From an uncultured virus (IMG/VR IMGVR_UViG_2551306709_000010) (taxonomy: Duplodnaviria > Heunggongvirae > Uroviricota > Caudoviricetes), in IMG/VR virus record IMGVR_UViG_2551306709_000010, positions 47,775 through 67,774 of that record: a DNA stretch of 20,000 bases. The stretch is one strand, 5' to 3'. Below the pieces are notes generated by a model. That model searched no databases and was not told the origin of the DNA. It saw only the letters and a program-made list of their open reading frames with translations. Positions 8,697 to 17,067 of the stretch are shown here, piece after piece. The translations under genes were made by a program, and so were the position numbers. How positions within the stretch are numbered: position 1 is the stretch's first letter; the number at the start of each line of letters is the position of its first letter.

Positions 8697-10355
8697 ATGC
8701 TGAAATTGGAGGAGTATATTTCAAAGAGAAAAAAGGAGGATAGAATTGATGAATTTGACTTTAAGAAACATTCAGAGAATATGGCGAGTGTTATAAAATA
8801 TGTAACAGATTATTTTAATAATTATTTAAATTTAGAGGATTACGATTATAAGCAAACAAAAATACAACAAACAGGAGAGAAGTTTAAGAAGGATATACAA
8901 AAAATATATCCAGAAACATATGACTATATAATCTCATACTATTTAGATAATAAAAAACGATTGGATAAATATATTGCTAAAGCTTATGAAGAAATTAAAG
9001 ACAGTGAGTTGTTTTATAAAGAAGAGGATTATGATAGGGTTGCTGAGTATGTTATTGAAAAAAAATTAAATGTTCCTATGAATGAAACATTATGTCATAA
9101 ATTATCTGTGATGGCACGAGAATATAAAAAACATGAAAATGAATGTCCATCTATTTCTGAAATGAAGGAACTTGATAATGCACTAGTGGATTGGGTAAAG
9201 TGTGTATTTAGAAAATATAATGTGAATTTATTGAATTATGCAAGTGAGATAGCATATCATTACTACGAAACTTATGTGGTTACAGAATATGATAGAGATA
9301 CAGATACTTTTTATCATATAAATAAGTACGACTATAGATATCAAGAAAATCCATTTGATATTAATACTATTTATGCTAGAAATGAGCATAGGGAGTTTAT
9401 TAAGGATAATAAAGGTGAACTTGAAATGCTAATAATGTATTGTTGGTTAAATGATGAAATAAGAGATTTAGATTATTGGCCAGAATATGTTCAACTTTGC
9501 ATTGATTCAAATAGGGTAAAGTTATCAAAAAGAAAGCGTGTATTTATACCAGTTCAGATTTCTAATATTAATTACCCACCTGAAATAGTAACTTCAGGTA
9601 AATATATTGAAACAGTTAATGGTTTAATTGAGAAAGATCCAGGAAAAGATTATATATTAAGGATAGCTTATCGAAAGAACAATGATGAAATATGGAAAGA
9701 TAAAATGTTATTAGAATCTATAATTAAGAATATACAAAGTAGCTTTAAAAGATACGGAACTCCTAGTCTTGTAGAATTTCAATCCCCATATAAAACAGTA
9801 GGATATAATAAGGAAAAGTTTTTTGATAGTTATCAGGTATTCGAGAAAGGTTTACGTAGATTTACCAATACTAAAATAGCTATAATAAATGGAAATATGA
9901 AAGGAAGTAAAGGAAAAGAATTTTTATTTTCAAATATAGATGACATTATTAAATTACATAATACCTGCAAACAATTAAATCTAAGATTAAAACTATCAGT
10001 GGATTTTACTGATAGTAATAGAAAAAATATTTTAAAGGAAAAAATTGAAGAAACAATTAATGCTTTATCTTCAATGAGAAGTTTTATAGTGGGAATTCAT
10101 TTTAATAGTATTGATTCTTGGAGTAATTATAGGGGAATATATGATGAAGACAGTAAACATGCATATATGAGTGTCCATGAATATCCAACAGTATCAACTT
10201 TTATGCAGGGGCTGGCTACTATTGTACAGGATAGTAAAGTACGATATTTAATTCCAGAGAAAGTTAAAAATGAAGATGTACTTGAAGGTTTAATAGATAT
10301 ACTGTATCGTGCTGGGTTTAGTTTTAAAAAAGGTGGTAATGTTAATGAAAAGTAG
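8697..10355 (+). CDS. Hypothetical protein: helical N-terminal domain plus putative degenerate TIM-barrel (AP endonuclease 2/xylose isomerase-like) C-terminal domain
   Basis: ORF track 8634-10355; ATG 8697 follows RBS GGAGGGGAG. The C-terminal half alternates short beta strands (VEFQSP, IAIING, LSVDF, VGIHF, YLIPE) with helices. Confidence 0.6.
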   Translation: MLKLEEYISKRKKEDRIDEFDFKKHSENMASVIKYVTDYFNNYLNLEDYDYKQTKIQQTGEKFKKDIQKIYPETYDYIISYYLDNKKRLDKYIAKAYEEIKDSELFYKEEDYDRVAEYVIEKKLNVPMNETLCHKLSVMAREYKKHENECPSISEMKELDNALVDWVKCVFRKYNVNLLNYASEIAYHYYETYVVTEYDRDTDTFYHINKYDYRYQENPFDINTIYARNEHREFIKDNKGELEMLIMYCWLNDEIRDLDYWPEYVQLCIDSNRVKLSKRKRVFIPVQISNINYPPEIVTSGKYIETVNGLIEKDPGKDYILRIAYRKNNDEIWKDKMLLESIIKNIQSSFKRYGTPSLVEFQSPYKTVGYNKEKFFDSYQVFEKGLRRFTNTKIAIINGNMKGSKGKEFLFSNIDDIIKLHNTCKQLNLRLKLSVDFTDSNRKNILKEKIEETINALSSMRSFIVGIHFNSIDSWSNYRGIYDEDSKHAYMSVHEYPTVSTFMQGLATIVQDSKVRYLIPEKVKNEDVLEGLIDILYRAGFSFKKGGNVNEK

Positions 10356-11319
10356 TGGAGCAATAGATATATATGATGAAACTGAATTTTACTCATGGGT
10401 TAAAATGATTAATGTTACATTAGCAGAAAAGAATTATTGCAATATGATTGAAGAGCATAGTAGTGAGATGAATAATAGGAAGAATATAAATAAAGACAAG
10501 TATTTAGAAAACCTACCTTTTAGTATAAGATGGAAGCTGAAAGGGGAAATTTACACTTACTCAAATGTAAGAAAAACAGTTGTATTAGATATAAGTACTT
10601 CAGAAAAAACAAGAGATAAAGCATATAGATTTATGAGTACTTTTATAAGTTGCATTTCTAAAATTGGTGGCGGAGTATATGTTGAGAATATGCAGAACGA
10701 TGACAATACAATGTTTACATTATTAGAAAGTAGGTACAAATGTAGCTTATATGAAAAGCAAGTTAAGTTAAGGGATAAGATAAAAATAGGGGAAAGAAAA
10801 ATGAGACCTTTATATGACTTGGAATATACTGGTGATTTGTGTTTTGAAGTCTTTGGTGAAGAAATAAATAAAAAGGATACTTGGGAATTATTACAGACTA
10901 TAGAGTTTTATAAATCAGATACTATAGAAAGTAAATTGATAGATTTGTTTTATAAACTAAGAGAAGACGCAATATCTAAAAAGATTATTATAGATCAAGA
11001 GATGGCAAAGCAACAACAAGAGAGGGAAAAAGAAATTAAACAATGGGAAGAAGAGAAGATACGTGAAGATCAAGCCCATAAAGAAAAAGAAAAATTACTA
11101 AAGAAACAAAAAATGCAAGAAAAAATAAAAAACCATATTGATAAATGGGAGAATATTAATAAAGTCTTAGAGTATGTTAATGATTTACGTCATATGTCAG
11201 GTATCAGTGATAATGAAAGAAAACTAATTTTAAAGTATTGTGATTATGTTGAAAAGACCTATAGTAAATCAGAATTTTATAAAGAAGTTTTAGAATTTTC
11301 GCAAAAATCAGAATTCTAA
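10345..11319 (+). CDS. Hypothetical protein with C-terminal charged coiled coil
   Basis: ATG 10345 follows RBS AGGTGG (10331-10336) and overlaps the upstream stop by 11 nt. E/K/Q-rich helix QQQEREKEIKQWEEEKIRE...; function unknown. Confidence 0.7.
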   Translation: MKSSGAIDIYDETEFYSWVKMINVTLAEKNYCNMIEEHSSEMNNRKNINKDKYLENLPFSIRWKLKGEIYTYSNVRKTVVLDISTSEKTRDKAYRFMSTFISCISKIGGGVYVENMQNDDNTMFTLLESRYKCSLYEKQVKLRDKIKIGERKMRPLYDLEYTGDLCFEVFGEEINKKDTWELLQTIEFYKSDTIESKLIDLFYKLREDAISKKIIIDQEMAKQQQEREKEIKQWEEEKIREDQAHKEKEKLLKKQKMQEKIKNHIDKWENINKVLEYVNDLRHMSGISDNERKLILKYCDYVEKTYSKSEFYKEVLEFSQKSEF

Positions 11320-11332
11320 AGGAGAGATACAA

Positions 11333-12424
11333 ATGAAAATAACTATAAAAGATACTAATTTAGTTGATAAAGAGTTAGACAAAAAGATTCGTAAACAATT
11401 AAAAGATAAAGTTCAAGAATTTGATGAAAACAGAAGATATACCATGGATTTACAATTTCCCGAAGATTTTATTATATATGAGTCTGAAATAAATTCATAT
11501 GAGATACCAGAAGAGTCTTTGCCACTATATCAAAGGGGAAAAGAATTAAAAGGCAAAGAGAAAATGTATGAATTATTAAGTTATCGAATTGATACTGTTA
11601 TAAATATAGTTAAGGAATATAGAATAAGATTAGGGAATTGTGGTATTAAAGGAATGCCATTTATGGAATTTAATAAAATAGAACTATGTTTTTCAGAGGA
11701 AGATGTGCAGTTAGATAATAAATGCAAACGAAAAAAGGATAAGGAAATCACGGTTATTACAGTAATGCCAAGTTTTTCAGGGTTTATTAAAAATCTTGAA
11801 TCTGCTCTCAAGGATATTGAAAATAGAATAGAAACAGAATTAGAGAATGTATTTGATGATAAAAAAGAATACGATAAATATAAATCACTTGTTGATAAAT
11901 TTGAGTTATATAATATATTAAGTGATTTGAAAAAAGAATATGGGGAAATGTGGATATATTCAAGGGAACATAAATCAGAATTGAAAAAGAAGTTTATAGA
12001 GACAATAGAAATTAAAGCTGGAATTGTTTCAGATGATATATTAAAAGAGCAGATATTACAACCACTTGAGTTTAAAACAGTTGTAATATGTGAAATTCCT
12101 GTTTGTAAAATAATTAAGAAAAATACTGGAGTAAATAAGTGTATTGGGCATATTAGATTATTAACAAATGGAAGAATAATTAATGTTAAGTATCAACCAC
12201 ATAGTAAGCCATATGTAATACCAGATGAAGTTTTTGAAGAATGCATTGTTAGTGTCACATCTGAAAACAACAATAAAAAATTACTTAAGATAATAGAAGA
12301 ACTTGTTAATAAGGTTGATGAAATCTGCCAAGAGTTTGGATATGTACTTGAAAAGGATATAATTCACAATGTAATAGGATATATGGATATAAAGAGTGTT
12401 ATAAAAAAAGTTAGAGAAGCATAA
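11333..12424 (+). CDS. Hypothetical protein (363 aa)
   Basis: Long ORF with RBS AAGGAG at 11319-11324, starting 13 nt after the previous stop; no motif recognised. Confidence 0.7.
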   Translation: MKITIKDTNLVDKELDKKIRKQLKDKVQEFDENRRYTMDLQFPEDFIIYESEINSYEIPEESLPLYQRGKELKGKEKMYELLSYRIDTVINIVKEYRIRLGNCGIKGMPFMEFNKIELCFSEEDVQLDNKCKRKKDKEITVITVMPSFSGFIKNLESALKDIENRIETELENVFDDKKEYDKYKSLVDKFELYNILSDLKKEYGEMWIYSREHKSELKKKFIETIEIKAGIVSDDILKEQILQPLEFKTVVICEIPVCKIIKKNTGVNKCIGHIRLLTNGRIINVKYQPHSKPYVIPDEVFEECIVSVTSENNNKKLLKIIEELVNKVDEICQEFGYVLEKDIIHNVIGYMDIKSVIKKVREA

Positions 12425-12461
12425 AGAAGAATATGCTAAGTGTACATGAGGTAAGTTAAAA

Positions 12462-12752
12462 ATGAGCAAAGATAAAGCATTGTTTTGCAAAAAAAATTTA
12501 CTTAAATATATGGAAGAATTTTTAGATAATAAAATTACTCAATAGGAATACTATGAACTGATGAAAAGATGTTATTCAGAGCATGAAGATTTATTAAAAA
12601 AGTATTATGCTAATTTTAATGAAAAATTCATGGAAGCAGTTCCAGATGCTTGCTTGTATTATATAGATGAACCAGGATTAGAGGATAGTATTAAGAGAGA
12701 ATTATCTAGAAATGAAATTATTAGTTTATATAAAGTTTTAATTGAACTATAA
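12462..12752 (+). pseudogene. Small helical protein (colicin-D/Cdi immunity-like) interrupted by an in-frame TAG
   Basis: ATG 12462 with RBS GAGGT is in frame with the 63-aa ORF at 12561: MSKDKALFCKKNLLKYMEEFLDNKITQ*EYYELMKRCY...; the only internal stop is TAG at 12543-12545. Confidence 0.6.
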
Positions 12753-12817
12753 TTAAATTATTTTTTGACTTCTTATTCAATTTGAGTGATGAATACTCAA
12801 AAAGGAGTGATAAGGTA

Positions 12818-13327
12818 ATGACAGATGAACAAAAAGAAAGAATTAAGCAGATGCGTCAACAAGGTATAGGATATAAAAAGATAGCAAATCAAATCGGCTT
12901 ATCAAGAGATTCTGTAAGGGGATATTGTAGGAGACATGGTTTAGATGGCTTAGGTGAAGAGATAGCAATGCAGCATAAGATATTAATGCAAGAAGAATTC
13001 ATATATGTACTTTGTCTTCAATGTGGCAAAGAAATCAAGCAGAATGCTACTGGGCGAAAGAGAAAATACTGCAGTATGGAATGTAAGAGAGTGTGGGACA
13101 AAACACATCGTAAAGCATTTGATCTAGAATGTGCATACTGTGGAAAAAAGTTTAAGTCTTTAGGTATTAAGCATCTTAAGTATTGTAGTAGAGATTGCTA
13201 CATTAAAGATAGATTTTGGAGAAAAGAAGATGCTCAAGAAATTGCTGATAAAATTCTAGAGTTTAAAAAGGTTAACAAATTACCTAAGTGGCTTAAAAAA
13301 TTATTGCTTGGAGATGAAGAAGAATAG
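12818..13327 (+). CDS. HTH plus tandem Cys-rich zinc-finger protein (family often auto-annotated 'RNA polymerase subunit sigma-70/24'), probable DNA-binding regulator
   Basis: RBS AAGGAGTGA before ATG 12818. HTH GIGYKKIANQIGLSRDSVRGYCRR, then CLQC...YCSMEC and CAYC...YCSRDC. Confidence 0.75.
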   Translation: MTDEQKERIKQMRQQGIGYKKIANQIGLSRDSVRGYCRRHGLDGLGEEIAMQHKILMQEEFIYVLCLQCGKEIKQNATGRKRKYCSMECKRVWDKTHRKAFDLECAYCGKKFKSLGIKHLKYCSRDCYIKDRFWRKEDAQEIADKILEFKKVNKLPKWLKKLLLGDEEE

Positions 13328-13333
13328 GTTTTT

Positions 13334-13460
13334 AGGGGGGCGAAGCTAGAGTATTTTTCAATATGCTAAATTAGAAAAGATAGCAACAGGGGTATTGCAA
13401 ATCGAGTATTTGCCCCAATTTTAGCCTTACCCCCCTTACTATAAAAAGACCTAGAGGGTC
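13334..13460 (+). other. GC-rich fold-back region next to the att junction
   Basis: 13334-13352 pairs with 13418-13436 (G6:C6 core, 3 G-U pairs, 2 mismatches). Inner GCAAAT-cgagt-ATTTGC hairpin; GACC-tagag-GGTC at 13448-13460. Confidence 0.45.
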
Positions 13461-13501
13461 ACTAAGAAATATTTGCCAAATTGTATTTAGAGCTTGTCTA
13501 C

Positions 13502-13546
13502 ACACACATTGAGTGCGTAGTAAAGCTTAAAAGGAAACACAAGTAG
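13502..13546 (+). other. rlmD: Displaced 3' end of rlmD/rumA (23S rRNA m5U methyltransferase): probable attachment junction
   Basis: ACA CAC ATT GAG TGC GTA GTA AAG CTT AAA AGG AAA CAC AAG TAG = THIECVVKLKRKHK*. This matches the RlmD/TrmA C-terminal (DMFPxT)xH(V/I)E(C/T)V motif, but the upstream DMFP is missing. Confidence 0.75.
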
Positions 13547-13665
13547 AAGCATTGGTATAACTGGGGTTAGAGAATAGTAAAAAGGGGATATGTTTCTTGA
13601 TATGGGGTTAGGAAACAGTTCTTTTGTCAAAAATTATAGAAAATATAAAAAAATAGGGTTATAAT

Positions 13666-13703
13666 ATAATTGCATTGGTGTAGGCTGATGCAATTATTTT
13701 TTT
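13666..13703 (+). terminator. Terminator-like hairpin upstream of hsdR
   Basis: ATAATTGCATTGGT (13666-13679) pairs with GCTGATGCAATTAT (13684-13697), followed by a T run to 13703. Confidence 0.6.
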
Positions 13704-13749
13704 AGTTATTTGTTTTGTTATACAATTATGTGGATTGGGGATGAGAAAA

Positions 13750-16700
13750 TTGAAATCTAATTTTTGTTTTTTAGAAGAAAGATGGCCTTTGCTTACTTCC
13801 ATTGGAAGTACAGCTGAAAAGTATATTTATACAGATTCAAATTCTTGCTTGATAAAATTGGGTCAATTTGCTGAAGCGATTGTACATCTTATGTTTAAGT
13901 TAGATGGCATTAATGAGCCAGATAAAGAAAATACAAATGATAATAGGATAAAAATTCTAAAAAAAGAAGGATTAATTACTAAAGATATAGATGACATTCT
14001 TTTTGCTCTAAGAAAAACTCGTAATGTAGCTGTACATGATCTATACGAATCTATAGAAAAATCAAAGATACTTGTAGAATTTGCGTATAAGCTTGGGGTA
14101 TGGTTTATGCAAACTTATGGTGATTGGAATTATGAACCTAAAAAGTTTGTTATACCTGAGGATACAAGTAAAGAAATAGATTTTGAAACAATTATTAAAG
14201 TACAGGAAGAAAAGATAAAGGAACTTAATGAAAAACTTCAAAGTAAATCAGCAAATTTTAGTGAAGATAATATATTAAATGGAAAAGTAATTTCAATAGC
14301 TGATAGAAGAAAAAGAAGTTATTCATCTGCTGACAAAATAAATCTTTCAGAAAAGGAAACACGTTATTTAATAGATGAACAACTAAGAAAAGTTGGTTGG
14401 GAAGTTGATACTTTAAATATTAGGTATTCAAAAGGAACACGACCACAAAAAGGAAGGAATTTAGCTATAGCAGAATGGCCAACTGATTCAACTGTTGGAA
14501 AAAGAGGAGCTGCTGACTATGTTTTATTTGTTGGTACACAATTGGTAGGGGTTATTGAAGCAAAACGTCATTTTACTGATATACCTTCAGTTATTGATTA
14601 TCAATGTAAAGATTACGCAAGGAATATAAAAAAGGAAGATTCTAAATATCTTATTGGAAAATGGGAAGAATATTCTGTACCATTTTTGTTTGGAACTAAT
14701 GGAAGGAAGTATTTAAAACAGCTTGAAACTAAATCAGGTATATGGTTTTTAGATGCTCGTAATTCTGCCAATATTCCAAAAGCACAACAAGGATGGCCAA
14801 GCCCAGATGGACTAATGGAATTGCTTGAAAAAGATATTAATAAAGCAGATGAAGAATTAAAAACTACAGGCTATGAACTTTTAACTGATAAAGATGGTCT
14901 TAATCTTAGAGAGTATCAAGTTAATGCCATTAAAGCAGTTGAAAAGGCAATTATTGATGGTGAAAGAAATGATAAAGGAGAAGTTGTTGATGGAAAGCAA
15001 AAGGTGCTTATATCCATGGCAACAGGAACTGGAAAAACAAGGACCATTTTAGGAATGATTTATCGTTTTATAATCACCAAAAGATTTAAAAGGATATTGT
15101 TCTTAGTAGATCGTACTTCACTTGGTGAGCAAGCACAAGATGTATTCAAAGAAGTAAAACTTGAAGATTTACAAACTCTTGATGAAATTTATAATATAAA
15201 GAAACTTGAAGATAAAGAAATAGATAAAGAGACAGTAATACATGTTGCTACAGTACAAAGTATGGTTAAAAGGATTATGTATAATGAAGGCGAAACAATG
15301 CCAGCAGTTACTGATTATGATTTGGTAATTATTGATGAAGCTCATAGAGGCTATATTCTAGATAAGGAAATGAGTGAAGATGAGCTTTTATATAGAAACC
15401 AAGATGATTATGTAAGTAAATACAAGACTGTAATCGAATATTTTGATGCAGTAAAAATAGCACTTACTGCAACACCTGCTCTTCATACTACTCAGATATT
15501 TGGTAAACCTGTTTTTAACTATTCTTATAGGGAAGCAGTAATAGATGGCTATTTAGTTGATCATGATGTACCACATAAGCTCGGCACAAAACTTAGCACA
15601 GAAGGAATTCACTATAATAAAGGAGAAACAGTTGCAATATATGATCCTGTTACGGGAGAAATTACCAATAGTAATGAATTAGAAGATGAATTAAACTTTG
15701 ATATTGAAACATTTAATAGACGGGTTATAACAGAACCATTTAATAGAACTGTCTTAGAAGAAATATCACGATATATCAATCCAGAAGGTGATGGAAAAAC
15801 ATTAATATATGCAGTTGATGATTCCCATGCTGATCTTATAGTAAAAATATTAAAAGAAATATATGAGGAATATGGTGTTGATAACAATGCTATAATGAAA
15901 ATTACAGGTTCAGTTGGCGGGGGAAATAAGAAAAAGGTTTTAGAGGCTATAAAGAAATTTAAAAATGAAAAATATCCAAGTGTGGTAGTTACAGTAGATC
16001 TTCTAACAACTGGTATTGATATTCCAGAAATAAATACATTGGTATTTATGCGTAGAGTAAAATCAAGAATTCTTTATGAACAAATGAAAGGACGTGCTAC
16101 ACGTCTTTGTCCTAAAATAGGAAAAACACATTTTGAAATATTTGATCCTGTTGGTGTTTGGGAATCCATAGAGCCATTAAGTACAATGAAACCAGTAGTA
16201 GCTAATAAAGCTGCTACCTTTGATGATTTAATTAATGGACTTGAAGTATTAGAAACAGTGGAGCAAAAGAAGAATGCTATAGATATAATAATAGGTAAGA
16301 TTCAAAGAAAGAAGAGAAATCTAAATGAAAAAGATTTAGAACACTTTGAAAGTCTTTCGGGTGGTAAAAATCCTAATGAGTTTATAAAAGAGATACAGTC
16401 TATTGGAATAGAAAAGGCTGAAGAACTTATTTTAAAAAACAAAAAGTTATTTGAAATGTTAAATGAAGAGAATTATGGTACAGTAAAACCTGTTGTAATT
16501 TCATTTAAAAAAGATGAACTTGTATATCACACAAGAGGTTATGGTAAAGCAGAAAAACCAGAAGATTATATAGATGAATTTAAAAGGTTTATAGAAGAAA
16601 ATAAAGATAAAATAGATGCTTTAAATATTGTGTGTACAAGACCAAAGGAACTTACACGTAGCACATTGAAAAATTTAAAATTAGAACTTGACAGATATGA

Positions 16701-17064
16701 ATTTACTGAAGTAAATTTAAATACAGCATGGAAAGAACTTAGTAATGAGGATATTACAGCAGATATTATTACTTTTATCCGTAAACTTGCTGTAGGATTA
16801 CCACTTGTTAGTCATGAAGAAAGAATAAAAAATGCTGTTAGTAAGCTAAAGAAAAATCATGATTTTAGTAAAATAGAATTAGATTGGCTAAATAGAATTG
16901 AAAAACAACTATTAAATGATAGTATATTAAATGAGGAAACTTTTAATACAGGTGCTTTTCAAACAAAAGGCGGTTATAAATTTATAAATAAAATATTTAG
17001 GAACAAACTAGATGAAATCATATTAGAGATTAATGAATATCTATATGAGGATTGGAGCGCATAA
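13750..17064 (+). CDS. hsdR: Type I restriction enzyme R subunit (EcoKI-like)
   Basis: Nuclease ADYVLF...IEAK and QxxxY (QCKDY), Walker A MATGTGKT, DEAH box IIDEAHRG, LTATP, LLTTGID, QMKGRATR. Start is TTG 13750 or ATG 13741. Confidence 0.96.
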   Translation: MKSNFCFLEERWPLLTSIGSTAEKYIYTDSNSCLIKLGQFAEAIVHLMFKLDGINEPDKENTNDNRIKILKKEGLITKDIDDILFALRKTRNVAVHDLYESIEKSKILVEFAYKLGVWFMQTYGDWNYEPKKFVIPEDTSKEIDFETIIKVQEEKIKELNEKLQSKSANFSEDNILNGKVISIADRRKRSYSSADKINLSEKETRYLIDEQLRKVGWEVDTLNIRYSKGTRPQKGRNLAIAEWPTDSTVGKRGAADYVLFVGTQLVGVIEAKRHFTDIPSVIDYQCKDYARNIKKEDSKYLIGKWEEYSVPFLFGTNGRKYLKQLETKSGIWFLDARNSANIPKAQQGWPSPDGLMELLEKDINKADEELKTTGYELLTDKDGLNLREYQVNAIKAVEKAIIDGERNDKGEVVDGKQKVLISMATGTGKTRTILGMIYRFIITKRFKRILFLVDRTSLGEQAQDVFKEVKLEDLQTLDEIYNIKKLEDKEIDKETVIHVATVQSMVKRIMYNEGETMPAVTDYDLVIIDEAHRGYILDKEMSEDELLYRNQDDYVSKYKTVIEYFDAVKIALTATPALHTTQIFGKPVFNYSYREAVIDGYLVDHDVPHKLGTKLSTEGIHYNKGETVAIYDPVTGEITNSNELEDELNFDIETFNRRVITEPFNRTVLEEISRYINPEGDGKTLIYAVDDSHADLIVKILKEIYEEYGVDNNAIMKITGSVGGGNKKKVLEAIKKFKNEKYPSVVVTVDLLTTGIDIPEINTLVFMRRVKSRILYEQMKGRATRLCPKIGKTHFEIFDPVGVWESIEPLSTMKPVVANKAATFDDLINGLEVLETVEQKKNAIDIIIGKIQRKKRNLNEKDLEHFESLSGGKNPNEFIKEIQSIGIEKAEELILKNKKLFEMLNEENYGTVKPVVISFKKDELVYHTRGYGKAEKPEDYIDEFKRFIEENKDKIDALNIVCTRPKELTRSTLKNLKLELDRYEFTEVNLNTAWKELSNEDITADIITFIRKLAVGLPLVSHEERIKNAVSKLKKNHDFSKIELDWLNRIEKQLLNDSILNEETFNTGAFQTKGGYKFINKIFRNKLDEIILEINEYLYEDWSA

Positions 17065-17067
17065 TTT

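Larger units (their letters stand above)
1..13510 (+). mobile_element. Right-hand part of a siphovirus-like prophage (tail, lysis, tandem serine recombinases, cargo), ending at an rlmD/rumA-type att junction; left end outside window
   Basis: Gene order Dit-Tal-tail protein-holin-amidase-recombinases. An orphan rlmD-like 3' fragment at 13502-13546 marks the probable boundary. Confidence 0.8.

Noticed and set aside
12543..12545. Amber recoding (pyrrolysine or alternative genetic code) of the in-frame TAG
   Set aside because: TAG is the evident stop of several genes here (580, 4757, 10355, 13327) and no pyl or suppressor genes are in view.
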